From: Epiperipatus broadwayi | Lineage: Eukaryota; Animalia; Onychophora | NCBI GenBank assembly: GCA_028023455.1 | Contig: JAQFVV010000001.1 | Coordinates: forward strand, 13,764,001 to 13,828,000 | Direction of reading: 5' to 3' | Length of the DNA: 64,000 bases | Shown: positions 25,966 through 39,638 of the stretch, one piece after another | Numbering within the stretch: the stretch's first letter is position 1 | Layout of the letters: every line of letters starts with the position of its first letter | Translations under genes and position numbers: made by a program | Notes under the pieces: generated by a model | What the model was told of the DNA's origin: nothing | Seen by the model: the letters and a program-made list of their open reading frames with translations, nothing else | Database searches by the model: none

Positions 25966-28900
25966 AATGGTATTTGGCTTTCCACATACAAAAGTAATAT
26001 ATATATATTATTTAACAGTATCAGTTTTTCAGTTTTATAATGTGGTTTATCTTTGTTATATGATTATTTACATTAAGTATTGTATTTGCTGTCATTTATT
26101 TAGATCTGAGGCAATGACATCTTGTTACAACTTTGAGTACAATTGTATTAAGAACCAGATGCTTTAATAAGTGTTTTGTACTATTATTTTGTGATCTCTT
26201 TGTTTGATTTTTTAGCTTGTGAGTGTGCTGAGATGTCTCTTGAGATTGCTGTTGAAGATGAGCATGTCTCTTATGCACTACACTACATTTAGTAAAAAAA
26301 AAAAAAGAATGCCCTGATGTGTTCATAGTTTCCTTCAATGAAAAGTATTAAATAGTTGTAGGATATTATTATATTTTTCCATTAATAACTCTAATGTCAG
26401 GTTACAAAATGTTTTTAGTGAAATGCTTTTAAGAAAAGATGTTATGTTTATGGTTTAAGATGACATAGAGTACATATATCTTCTATTTCTTTGTAATTTT
26501 TTTTTTTTTTTTGCTTTAAGAAAATAGAAAGTAGGCAGAGCTTCCGTGTTGACTTTTAAAAAAAAGTAAAAATATTTTGATTCCATGGATTAACACTGAA
26601 ATGTTCTACTTAGTTGTTTATTGTTAAATATAGGATGATTTTCTCTCTGAGGGGAAGGATGAAGTAAGTTAAATACTTCCAATATGTAAATTTGTGTTTG
26701 GTGGATAGGCAGAAGGTAATATTTTCACTGTTTGAAAATGGCTCTATGAATGTTTTACAGTATATCTAATAGGAGGTAGTTTGTGGGAATTAAAAAAAAA
26801 AAAGATCTTAAGATTATTTGAAAGAAACAGTTGGTTAGGTGCTCAAACCTCACTAGACTTTCTGAATAATTTACATGATTTTGTCTTTATGATCATTTCA
26901 TAAAGGGGCATATTACAATGGATTTCAAATTTATTTCTATTTTTTTAAAATTTTGATTTTTTTTTTTTTTTTTATTAAAGTCATTGATGCATTATGTTAT
27001 TTAGATATTTTTAATGATAGACTTCTATCTTAAGAAAGAAAATTAATGTTTGCTTCAGTAATTTAATTCTGGTTTTACAAGCACTCTATTTTAAATAGAA
27101 ATATTGTCTGATGTGAAAATTTGTAAATATTATTTTAAGATTTATTTTTTAAAAGGAAATGTTTTACAAACAGGTTTTTCATCCATACAAAAATAAAATA
27201 ATAGTAAAATATTTTAATGCTTCACTGTCATTTAAATAGAAAGTAATTGTTCTGTGAAAATTTATTAATGAATTTTTCACGTACATGATAATTGATCACA
27301 AATGACTGTTTTTTTTTTATAAATCTGTATCTATTAAAAATTGAAGACTAGCTGTAAATTTGATAGGCCGTTATATAATGTATTAAAGTTTTATAAATAC
27401 TATACCTTTCTTTACTTGTATATGTGAATGAGAGAACAGATTTTCTAAAAAAAATGTTTTATAGTGAACTTGAATATGGGTTTTATGAGAGAAGCTGACT
27501 TTGATTAAGTTATAAATATTATCTCAGTCACTTGAAAATATGCACCATTTTATTTTGAGAGGATATGGAGTTTTTTTAAACAAAATGTTTATAGCAGAAG
27601 ATAGCATTGCAAGATTCAAATAAATGACAAGTGTGGAATATATATATATGGCTTTATTGTTATTTCATGGCATCACAAAACTCATTAACACCCCCCACTT
27701 CTGGAGATTCATTTGTGAGTGGCTGATACTCTGATCTACAAAAATTTCAAAAGTAGAAGATATTTACATTTTCTTAAAAATTATACAAAATTACAAATGG
27801 TAATGTTTTTATTGCTTAATCATTTATATTCCTACAATATTGAATAAAAAAAATTATAATTTTTCTAATTTTTATTGGAATATAATCTCTCTCTTTTTTT
27901 TACACAAGTGATCATTAGGCTCCTAAGCCTTACTAGTTTTTTTTTAGATTAACTATAATTCAATTATATATTTGCACTCTTTTCCTCATTATAAACTTCC
28001 CTTCTAAGAATTCTTATTGTTAGAATTATTAATATTTTAAATATAATTAATCTATTCTCTCTATATATAAAATCATAAGGGAAATGGAAATAGAACCAAA
28101 TAATGGAGAGCACTAAAAATCCCAGATTTAAATCTGTTAATAATCTGGCTTCTTTTATAAAAAGAACAAATTGTTAAAAACCTTGCAGAAGTGGAGCATC
28201 TGTAGTAAATTAAATACAGTATTCTGGAAAAGTATTAAGAATTATTTATTTAATAATAAACTTGCTCTATCCCAATTAAATATATGTTTTTAAAAAAATT
28301 GCATTCTATGAAATAGTTAATGTAGACTAATGCAGGAAAAATAGAGCTTAATTTTGTAGATAATTTTATAGTTTAATTTTTTTTAAAAATTTTCTTTAAA
28401 TTAAATATTCTTCTAGAGGATTTATGCTGGTGATGGAAGAAAAAAGCTTAGTATATTTGACTCTTTCAGTATATATATATATTTGTTTGTTTTTGGAAAA
28501 AATATTTTGAAAACATTGATAATAGACTTTATTATTACATTCTTTTAATATTTCTTTTCTTTGGCAATAAATAATCTGTTTTCAGAAATAAAATTTTTAA
28601 ATTTATGTCTCCCTTAAGAAGTTCTGGAAAAAAATCATAACTGACAATTTTATGTAACATATTCCTATATGTATTTGGCGCCATTTTTTTTTCTAATTTT
28701 ATCCACCTATAATGTAATATTGCTTGAAATTTCAAAACCATTTATATATATTGTACAGAAAGAAATGCTAGAAATATTTTTCTATAAGCTCTACCAGAAG
28801 GATGTTTACAAATAGAGCAAGCTTTGATGAAGAGGAGTTAGGCACCATAGGTAACAGGAGGGAGATCATATTTCCTAGTTTTAAAATATAAGAGCCTGTC

Positions 28901-30099
28901 TTAAAATAGATGCCTCTCAATATGAGATGATTAGAAATCTTTGTCAAAGATTAGTGTCTTATTCCTAATCCAATGAAGCCAGTATGCTCAATTTTTCATT
29001 CAAATAACAGGGAATCATCTTGTAATCTGAATATAATCTTTTTCAAAAATAGACAGAAACATAATCCTATGTGATGCTATTTAGGAAATCTTGGATTATA
29101 ATGCTAATTTATTTTTCTCATTTAGCTTAAGTTAGATCAAAATTAATTTCTAAGAATAACCTCCCTTGAAAGCTAACTGGCACAACTTTGGTTTGTGAGC
29201 AAATACTATGCTTTTTCTGTACATTCTGCTGTTGAATATTGCGTGACCTATTTGGTAAAAAATTCCCACATAAAACTTCTGAATACTGAATTAAAATTGC
29301 CATGAGAAATCTTACTGGTACACTCAAGTCTACCCTTTTGCAGTACTTTCTGTTCTTTTATTTATTCCTCCACCAAAAAATACATCAAAATTGTTAATTC
29401 AGTTGGACTTGCTAGAAACTCAAGCTGTAGTTTCACCATCTAAAGCTCAAATCAAGATTCTCTTAATCAAGAATATACTATTAAAGAATTATGATATTAA
29501 AAAATTAAATTCTTGTGATGTTCTAAACAAATTTCTTTTTCCACATCCAATAATAACCTAGCTGTTTTTGATCTTGTTACTCTGTTTTTTCAACAGATTC
29601 AGAACAGTCTTTGACTGGTGTGCTCATCTTTCTTCATAAATAGAGTTTATAAATAACTAATTTAATACAAAGTTAGTGACTACTGAATTTATGGCTACAA
29701 TGTCAGAATTGAAGGACTAATAACTTAAATAAATAATAAAAATATATACATTTTTTTTATTTGTTTATATTAAATAAATAAAAGTTTATTGATATTTTTA
29801 CTCAGTCTTTTCCTCCAAATTTTTTTTAAAGAAAAAAATAAAACTAATGAAAAGACAAAACAAAAACTTGATGTGAACTAAATAAGATTATTAATTTAAT
29901 GATATTTATTTCAATATGTTATTTTTTAAATTTTTATTTTTAATTATATATATACATTTATTTATTATATTATGTTTATTTTTTAATGTATATGTATTTA
30001 AGATTATATAAAAAAAATACTACTTAATTTAATTATAACTCTTTCTAAAATTAATAAAATCTCTTGATTATAAAAATTTAAAGATTACCTTCATAATTT

Positions 30100-30900
30100 T
30101 TGCCAAATGGAAGAAGAATTGAATTAATGATATTTTATCTGTATAACATTCTCTATAAAGTATATAGATATAAATTAAAGAGGTAAATAATATAGCTTTT
30201 AAATAGCCCACTGCAGAAGAAAGACATCCTCAATAGGCCGTTATAGAATAGTAGTGAATAAAATAGATCTCAACAGACTTTCTAGATATCTGTTTATTAA
30301 ATTGTATTGGATGATGAGTTAACTTTTCCATGGACTGAATATTTGAAAGAAAATTTCTAAATCTATTGAAATAATTTTCAAGTTTACTTGGCATATTTGT
30401 CTGAAAAACTGTAATGATGGTATTTGTCTTATAATTATTTGTTGGGCTAATTCCATCATTTAGTATTAATTGTTAAATGTCTTTAGAAAAATTCAAATTT
30501 TATTTAAATTTTTTAAATATATTCAACCGTTAGTAATAGCATACTGAATAATATGTAACAATATTTCAAATAGTATTATTCTCATCTCTTGGTCTGACAA
30601 ATGGTTACACTAGCACAGAAATCAAATCTGAAATCTTTAGATATATGAATATTCAATTTAAGATATCTCTAACCAATTAAACTATTTTAATAAAGGCAAT
30701 AGTCAATAGAAATTTTATATACTTATGCTGATTTTAACAAGGTTAATAAATGGTTTCCAAGCATTATGAACTATCACACTAGATAGACTTACATAGTTAT
30801 TTACCATTGTCATGTAAGCTGTTTCTTTAAATTTTCTCATTTTATTTTTCCTTTCCTATCAATATTATTGTATTTTCTTAATTGAAAATGTCTCATTGGT
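30100..30900 (-). mobile_element. Highly decayed RT remnant, probably Penelope-like
   Basis: Minus strand ISIDLE..F/SNIQ (~30340-30380), resembling VSFDVxSLFTNIP. Other motifs are barely recognisable. Confidence 0.3.
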
Positions 30901-31499
30901 ACATATACTTGTTTTTTTTTTCTCTCTCTTTAATCATTACTTCATGCTCTTTTAATAGTTTTTTAATGGGGTGATTGTTTTCATATCTTTTCACGATCAC
31001 ACGATATATTCAGCATTTCCTGTTTAGGTTTTGTTGTAGTTAAGAATACTGTACTATAGCTTTGGAAAACTATTCTAATATTATATTGATTGCAGATCTG
31101 ATATCTTGATATATAGATTATCTATAATTGTTTTTCTTTTTATCTATTAAGATTTTCTTAATGATAACTTCCAATAACCATTCTTCTTGAATTTGTTCTT
31201 TATAGAATTTTTTTTTTTTGTTTCTAAATATCATTAATTTCTGAATAAATTTCTTCTGCTTTTTTTTTTTTATAGTGATAGTATAATTTCAATTTTATGT
31301 TTCTGTCATTACTAGATATATATGCTAAGTGTTTTGTGTGTGTGTGAATTTTCTGTAATTTTGATTTTGCCTTGAAAGATTCTTATCACAAGAGTATCTA
31401 AAAATGTCAGTTTTTATTTCAGTTTTATCATGAATTTAATACTTATTAGGGATATCATGCAAACTAAAGAAAATCTGCATTTACTATAATATCAAAGCA

Positions 31500-31800
31500 T
31501 TTTCAAAACATAGCACACTCCGAGGAATCCTATTTTTTATAAAATCTAAACTAGGAATGCTGAAAAACAAAACTATGAAATGCCATGAGACTGTAGAATC
31601 GGTAAAACCAACTACCTTATTAAAAAATGGTTAAAGAGGAAAAAGCATATGACTAAAATAACAGACTATGCATATATCAATGAACATACTATCAATTGGA
31701 AAAAGATAAGAATATTGGATAGAGAGGAAAAAGTTAAAAGTTGAATGTTTTAAAAAGCTACTTATATGATAGTGTCAAATAAGCTCATAAGTCAATTTAG
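31500..31800 (+). mobile_element. Penelope GIY-YIG endonuclease remnant
   Basis: IGKTNYLIKKW...EHTINWKKIRILDREEK, resembling YIGxT...HxIxWxxxxILxxE of PLE endonucleases. Confidence 0.55.
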
Positions 31801-31814
31801 GATGAGAATTTATA

Positions 31815-32143
31815 AATATTTGAAATACAGGCACTCTTCATGTACCTGGAGTTAAGCACCCTTCAACTATCCACACTATCTCATATCCTGACCTACATGA
31901 CCACATACATATAGAAAAGATAAATAATCACCAATATATGTATTTCATGCTGAACCAGCACTCATCAATTGGTCCAGATTATCATCTCTCACACATATCT
32001 ATAATCAGTGCTCAGTTTATATTAAGATAGCAAACCCTCATACTTTAATGGACAGACTTCAATCTACTCCAACCCTCCAACTTTTCAGCTATCCATTCCA
32101 TAGAAATCTGATGATAGAAAGCTCAAATCCCATGCTGGTGCCA
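31815..32143 (-). mobile_element. Family B HHR-bearing small element, copy 1
   Basis: Homologous end to end with 41435-41800 (AATATTTGAAATA...CCCATGCTG(G/A)TGCCA). Minus-strand hammerhead at 31924-31982. Confidence 0.8.
31924..31982 (-). ncRNA. Type I hammerhead motif (family B), near intact (C3>U)
   Basis: Minus strand ATAATC-TGG-ACCAA-TTGATGA-GTGCTG-GTT-CAGCAT-GAAA-TACATAT-A-TTGGT-GATTAT. Stems I and II pair fully; AUA cleavage triplet. Confidence 0.75.
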
Positions 32144-33499
32144 ATATTAATGATAATTTATGTTTTGTAAACCTCTCATTAATCTTGTTTTTAAGATCAA
32201 AAGGAGCAGCATAGATAATTATAAAAAATTTCTACTGACTGTTGCCTTTGGTTTAATTGGTTAGAACAACTCTTTAAATTTAGTATTCATGAATTTAAGA
32301 TTCCATGTTTGATTACTATGCTAATACAATCACTAGCCATTTGAAAAGAGATGAATAATTATTCAAAACATTGTTTTGTATATTAACCTGTATGCTATTA
32401 CTAACATTTGAATGTATTTGAAAAGGTTGGATTTTTCTAAAGACATTTAATAATTAATCTTAGAAATAGTCTAATATAATTATTATTTGGCATGGATTCA
32501 AGCACAGATTGTAGTTATAATATAAGGATATGCACCAATTGTATCACTAGGCTCATATATATTAAACATTAATATTAGCGACTTCAATGAGAGTTAAAAT
32601 GTACACAAAGATATAAGTTCAATAATCAGTGTTTAACAATTTATCAAAGACATTTATTGAAGAAGAAATTATGTTGGAAAGAGGAAATAAATGAAAGAAA
32701 CTGTGGCAACTTGAAAATATTAATCTTTGTACAGTAAGAAATTTAATAGCATTTATAGTTTGAAAAATGTATCACAAAAAAAAAAAGTTGATAATGTAAC
32801 ATCTTTTCATTATAAATTTTCTTAATTTAGAGCTGGAGAGAAAAATAGGAAGTTTTCTGTTATAATGTTAAAAACAAGATGTCTGTGCAATGCCCAAAGC
32901 AAAACTTATTGAGTATAATTGTACTTGTACACCTTCTTAATTATAGGTTAAAAGATCATTTATTTATTAAACTGGAGAACCAGTTTAATCAATGGGACTA
33001 AAAATAATAACACTACCTTATTTAATTTAAATCATTTTAAGCATTGCAAATATATTTTTAACTTAAGACATTTAAATTACTACATATACTAGATAAGTTA
33101 ACTTAAGACATTTAAATAAAAGAAATTCTGTTTCCCAGACATTTTTTTTAAAATCTTTCACATTTCTCTTAACACATATTTGTTCATTAAATTATTAGCA
33201 AAATTTAAGAATGTTTGAAATATGTTTTAAAAATTGAAGAAATACAGAATATCTGTGAAAGTGTTAGTGGAGAGGGGTATTTTTTCCATTAAAAAAAGTT
33301 TTCAAATCTTTTTTTATATATTTTATTGAGATATTTTTCTGATTTAATGAAAAACATTTTATCTAATAGTATGATTTATTTTTGTGTCTATTTCATTTTT
33401 CAATGCCTGAGAAATATGTTTCTTTGCCTCATGTGTCAGATCAGCATTGATATTAGGAATGAAGTAGGATAAATATTTGAAATAGTAAATTATTAATAA

Positions 33500-34625
33500 A
33501 ATTGCATATTGAAAAGATGAAGTAAGTATATCAGTAACTTGAAAAGATCATGTGAATATGTTGAAAATGTAAAAGCTTCAGCTAAAGTGAAAAATGGCAA
33601 AGCATTAGGAGTTGATGAGTTTGCAATTGAATTATTAAATGTTATAGGGGGGGGGGCGTTTAAGAATATATTATTTGATATTTATAATATAATCTTTGAA
33701 TCAGTAGCTATCTAATTTCCTCTTCAAAGTTACAACTAATGGCAAAAGGCTCAAGACAGAGCAGTGTGAATGTTTTAGAACAAGTAACACAATTTCACAT
33801 CCAGGTTAAATGTTTTTTAATAAATGTATCTTTCAAAGATTAGACATTGTATATAAATATCAGTCTGGATTTAGAAAAGATGAACGATAATGTTATTAAA
33901 GTTATTAATATACTAACAAAAGAGTTTAATATTTGTTTCATTGATTTTAAATACTTTGAAATAGAAAATTACAGATTGGAACAAAAAAAGTATTTATTAG
34001 AAAATTTGTACATAAATCATCAGATAACTGTAATATTAAATGGTCCTTTTACAAAAAAAAAAAAGATATAGAGATGGATGTAAGAGGATATTTTTTTATT
34101 TTGATAGTGAGAATTAGTCTTTGAAGTAAAATGCTTCATTGTATGTGATAGCCAGTATGGGTTTAACAAAATATTATAAATTGATAGCATCTGTAGAAAG
34201 GTAAAATATTCTTTTGTCATACATAGATTATATTTAAGAAGAGGCTAGTTGAGTTTGATTTGGCAGAGATTTGAGCAATTAGGAAAAGTTGGAAGAAAAG
34301 TGCGGAAAGTTCAGCGAGATGAAATTAGAATGGAAAAATATATTGGAAGCACACGATTAACAATGTGTATCTGTGGAAAAAGTAAATGAAAATGATTATT
34401 TATTGATAAATTACTAGATTGGACATATACTTTGAAAGGCCAAAATTATAAAAGATATTTTGGAAGAAATTGTATAGAGTAAAATAAAGCAGAATAAAGA
34501 AGTTTACTTTTGTTGTATAGTTCTAAGTATTTAAGGACTAGAACAAGAGGAAGAAAGACTAGGAAGTAGTATGGCTTGATATTTAAGACCTGATATTTAG
34601 TAGAGAATTAGTGATGAGGATGATC
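33500..34625 (+). mobile_element. Decayed RTE-like LINE RT fragment
   Basis: KNGKALGVDE (~33590), QSGFRK (~33862) and CFIDFKYF (~33935) occur in canonical RT order; 3' GATGAGGATGAT tail. Confidence 0.55.
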
Positions 34626-37025
34626 GTAAGCAAATGTGTCACTAATAGAATACTTTTGTATTTGTGCTGTTTGTATATATATTATACCTTGCTTAATAGA
34701 GTTGCATATTCAACATATACAGATAGTAATATATCAAATAAAATTGTTCCATAAGTAAGTAATCAAATGGATTATTGTTCAAGAAGTCATACAACATTTG
34801 AGCACTAGAACCCCTACTCCATCATTCAGTAAAAGATGTTATGTTACAATGGTACATTTAATACAGATAATAATGTATTAAATAAAATGAAGAAAATCAT
34901 ACATTTTACAATAAAAATAATTTATTTAATATAACAATATCAATTAATTAACATATAGATGAAAAATGTGCTTAGTAATGCAAATCTGAATCAAATTATG
35001 CATTTATTACTAAATTTATAATTCTGAAATTTATGGGTAAAATTTTATATTAATGTTTAATAAATAAAATAATAGTATTTATTTAGAAAATGAATATGAA
35101 ATTAATATATTTTCATAATTGACTGAAAAACAAATATGTTTGAAAATATAAAAGTAGTGTAATTTATTTAGAATGTAAACCATTGAGAAGAAAATTAAAT
35201 CAAAGATGATAGCAAACACAATATGATATAATTGTGTGCCAAAAAGATTCATAAGAACTGATCTGTGGAGTAATTTTCTGTAAAAAAAAAATCATAAAAA
35301 ATTAAAATTTAAAATATATTTATTTTCATATAATGAATACAAATCTACAAAGTAGACAAAATTAATTAAATGTAGTGAAAACATTTATTAAAATGAATTT
35401 TAAGTGGGCTTGGCTTATCATTCAATGAAAACAAATCAAATTAGAAAATGAAGCATATAAAACATTTTAAATCTACCAATAGAGGGGAAATTTTTATATT
35501 AGTTTTAAAAAATGCAAAAATATTCCTTTTCTAATATATATATATGTAAAGTTTGTCTCATGATTCTTCTGGATGAAGTTTCAGTGCATAACCATGTGTC
35601 ATTTAATTTATGTTTCAGTTATTGTAATCTGAAAGATGGCATTTTAAAGTCAAACAACATTTTGGGTGTTGTGTTACTGTAACATTTTGTCACTATTATG
35701 AATCTGTCAAAGCTCCAAAGAGAATTTACATCTATTTTGCAATGACCTGAAAAAGGTTGTTAGACAAGTCATTCACTGAGAAATGATATTGTATGAAATT
35801 TTAGAAATTATATTTTATTTTGAATAGGATATGCTAATATTGTTTTAAAACTTATAGACCAAGCACAAAATTTTAAAAAAATGCAGACTTCTTAGTGAAC
35901 TTTTCCAATAACATATAGATCATATGTGTTGTCTCAACAAGATATGAAAGAAGTCTCATTCATTGCATTCTTCAATAAACCTTTTCATATATAATGTTTT
36001 CCACAGAAGCTATTACATTCTTGTTTTTGAATATATATATATTTTTAATCATGGATTATGAAATTATATTAATTACATGTTTCTAAATAAAAATATTTTA
36101 ATGTTTTCAAACCTATTAAATTTTATTCATTTTTATTTTTCTTCTTTGTGTGGAAAAATACTGTTTCTTTTATAATTATTGCCTGTTATGAAAATATATT
36201 AAGTATATGTTTGCTTTCTAAATAAATAATATTTTACATATTACATCGGTCTCAGTAGGTTTTTTGTTTGTTTGTTTATTTTTCAATTTTTTTACCAAAA
36301 AATTTCAAAGTTATTGATAAATTTATTTGTAAATAATTGTTATTGTTTTGTTAAATAAGTTATTTTTATTCCAAAATATGACTTCTTAAATTTTTATGTA
36401 ATTGATATACTCCTGTGTTAATGAATTGAAGAATAAATGTGGATATTTTTATTGATTAGTTTTTCTTTTGCTCAATCAATAAAGTGTACACGCAAACAGC
36501 ACCAATATTCTTATATGTAGGAAGAGATTTAATTTTTTTTTTGCATTATATGATGTATTGTACCAGTTACTAGATGTCAGCAGGCTGATAATCTTAGAAT
36601 AAATTATTAATTATATACAATTTACATTTTTCAATCATTAACAATTTTAATCAGTAGTAAGAAATTTTTTGTGCCCATTTTTTTTTTTTTTTTACTTTTT
36701 CCCTTGGAAATTGTGACATTTTTGTATATTTCGTAATAACACTGTTTAACTTTCAAAAATTAAAATAATAGATAGTTAGAAAAGGTTAAATTCTAAATTT
36801 ATAATGTATAATTATTAGAATATATAAGAAAATAAATTAATAACACATCCAAATGAATATTTTGGTTATATTGATACATATAGTAAAAAACGTTACATTT
36901 ATCTAATATTTTTACATCTTATATATAAAATTCCTATTTTCTCTGCTGTTTGATTGGTGAATGTATGTCAAATTCACAACTAATTTTTTTTAAAAAAGTA
37001 CATTTATGAAAAGAAAGTAATTCCA

Positions 37026-37417
37026 CCATTAATAAAAAATGCTCAGAAAATAAATCAGTATATGTGCTTAAATATAACTACAGAGGTAGAATATTTAAAT
37101 CATGAAAATGTGATTACAGCACAAAATTCATGTTTGAAATACGATATTTAGTGAGGGAGGAAATAGCTGCTATAGTACAGTATTACATTTAGTGTTGGTT
37201 AGCATATTGTTACATTTATGGGAAGGGAGTCGCCATTAATAAAAAATGCTCGAAAAAAAAAATCAGTACATGTGCTTTTAGCTACAGAGGTGTAGCATTT
37301 AAATTATGAAGAAATTGTGAATACAGTACATACATTCATGTTTGAAGTGTGGTATTTAGTGAGGGACAAAAAATTGATGCTATAGTAGAGTATTTACATT
37401 TAGTTTTGGTTAGCGTA
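37026..37417. repeat. Two-copy ~207-bp tandem duplication
   Basis: CCATTAATAAAAAATGCTC...ATTCATGTTTGAA...TATTTAGTGAGGGA...TACATTTAGT(G/T)TTGGTTAGC starting at 37026 and 37233. Confidence 0.85.
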
Positions 37418-39397
37418 TAATTGAAGTCGAAATGATGGCCTTTCGGGATGGTGTACAATTCTCACATTTATTTATAATATTAAAATTTTTTGTTTAACAT
37501 ACATTAAATCTTAAAACATTGTTAAAGCAACCAATTATTTATTTTATACTAAAAATAAACATTCCTGTTTCATCATAATGTTTTTTAAATTCATATAATA
37601 TTTATTTCATAACAAAATTCAAATGGATACTACTTTGAATCTCCAGGATATAAACAATGAACGAAGACTCCATTTACCTGCATAAATGTCAAATAAGTAA
37701 CAGCTTTGGTTTCTCATTTTTCCTAGCTTGTTACTAAAGAGAGATTGAAAGTTGCTTAATTATAAGATTAAAGCAAAAATGCATTAAGGAAATCAAAGAA
37801 GTATTAAGGTAAAGATAGTTATCTTAATACTGGGTAAGAGATTTCTGTATATGGTATTAATTAAGCTGATTAAAGAAGATTGTGTGAGCCTATAATATAA
37901 TCTATAAGTGTATAAAAAGATAGTGATCATAGATTTCCTTTTTGCATAAGGGCAGTTAGGGATCAGTATTAGAAAAAAAACCATCTTAATAGATAGAAAA
38001 TTATTTTTAAAAACTTGAGATTTGATTTCAATTTTTAAAAAATTCAAGATAATTAAATCCACATATCACTATTTACATTTTAATACAATTATGTATTAGT
38101 AAAAGAAAAAAATGATGAAATAACATTTTTTTGAGTATTGCTATATATATATTTTAGAAAAAAGAAAAAGGGAAGGTTGTGTGAATTTAGATATATAATT
38201 TTAAGTATTTTTGAAGAATTTATTGTTAATGAGTATAGTGCTTGTTAGTGAAACAGGATTAAAATTTTGCTTATTTGGATAAGAATTTAGAAGTTCATAA
38301 AATAATATTTTTGTAAATGAAGGATAAAAATATTGTGAAGTGTTCATCAATGGATTGAGCATGCTTTTATATTTTCTTACTGAAAATTGCTGTTGCAGAT
38401 TTAGAATAAGGAGAATTGATTTTTTTTAATAAATAAAATAGTGAATTTAATTATAAGTATTTAGTAACTGTATATATATATATATTGAAAAATGAGAATA
38501 TTAATAAAGATTTCAACATATATAGATAAATAGATTTTACAAATGTGGAGTTGTATTCTCAGTATAAATTAAGAGGAATTTTTTGCAGGCAACCATTCAA
38601 ATTTTGTAAAAGGTGTGTACCACATGCTTTTTCACATAGCTTAATTAATTAAACCTCTTTAATTAGTTTCATATTTTTTCATTCAACTGCCATTAATATA
38701 TCATTTAAGTCATTCAGTAATAGAAAACTGAATTATAGTATTTCATATTATTACCTCTTTCATTAGACAACATCACTGTTCAAATGGAACACATCTGGAA
38801 GAAATAATAATTACTAATGCAATTTAAGATAAACATTTTGTTTAAAATATCATTTATCTCTTTATCACTGGTGTAAGCTTGATAAACTACTGAGGAAATC
38901 AACAAATTATACAGATAATTACAGAGTTTCTAAGTATAATTCTTTTACAGCATTTTTAAAACAATTTAAAGAGAAATTTATATGATCACCATTTTCTTTG
39001 CTTACACAAGCTGAAAACAGTAGCAAAGTCTTCTTCCATATGGAGAGTTTGCTATTCTTTTAAAGAGAAATTGTATTTAATAAATATGTTTGAATAGATA
39101 ATAGATAAAAATTAAAGAAAAGTGAGATTTAAAAGTATTTATTTTATCATTGTATATATTTTTAACAAAAATATGAATAGCCTTTTTTGGACATGATAGC
39201 AGTTATATAGTGGTAAGATAAAATACAAATATAGTACACACATCACACTTATTTATATACTTATATGTGTTTGTGATATTTATATAATTAAATATTATAT
39301 TTACTTACATATGTAGTATTTATTGAAATAGTTATTTGTGAAAATTTGTATTCAGAGATAGATTTGTGAAAGAAATTGTTTTTCTTATTACAGAACA

Positions 39398-39638
39398 ATG
39401 GTTGCTGAAGAGAAGCAGAAGAGGCAGAGTGTAACATCTGTCAGTTCAGCAGCTCCATTACCAAATGGAGGTTGGGGTTGGATGTGCGTTATTGGTTGTT
39501 TTATAGCTAATGTTCTTATACTTAGCTTATATAAAGCATTCGGTGTGTTTTTTGTTGAATTTATTGATGTTTTCAAAGGCAGTTCCTCGTCCACTGCTAC
39601 TATCAGTGGGCTCATGTTTGGATTAGCTAATTTATTAG
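39398..39638 (+). CDS. First coding exon of an SLC16/monocarboxylate-transporter-family MFS protein (exon starts 39394; phase-1 intron follows)
   Basis: MVAEEKQ...APLPNGGWGWMCVIGCFIANVLILSLYKAFGVFFVEFIDVFKGSSSSTATISGLMFGLANLLG contains the (D/N)GGWGW and FGVFF signatures of SLC16 TM1. Acceptor TTTCTTATTACAG ends at 39393; donor AG|GTATTG at 39639. The rest of ORF 39398-39748 is intron read-through. Confidence 0.88.
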
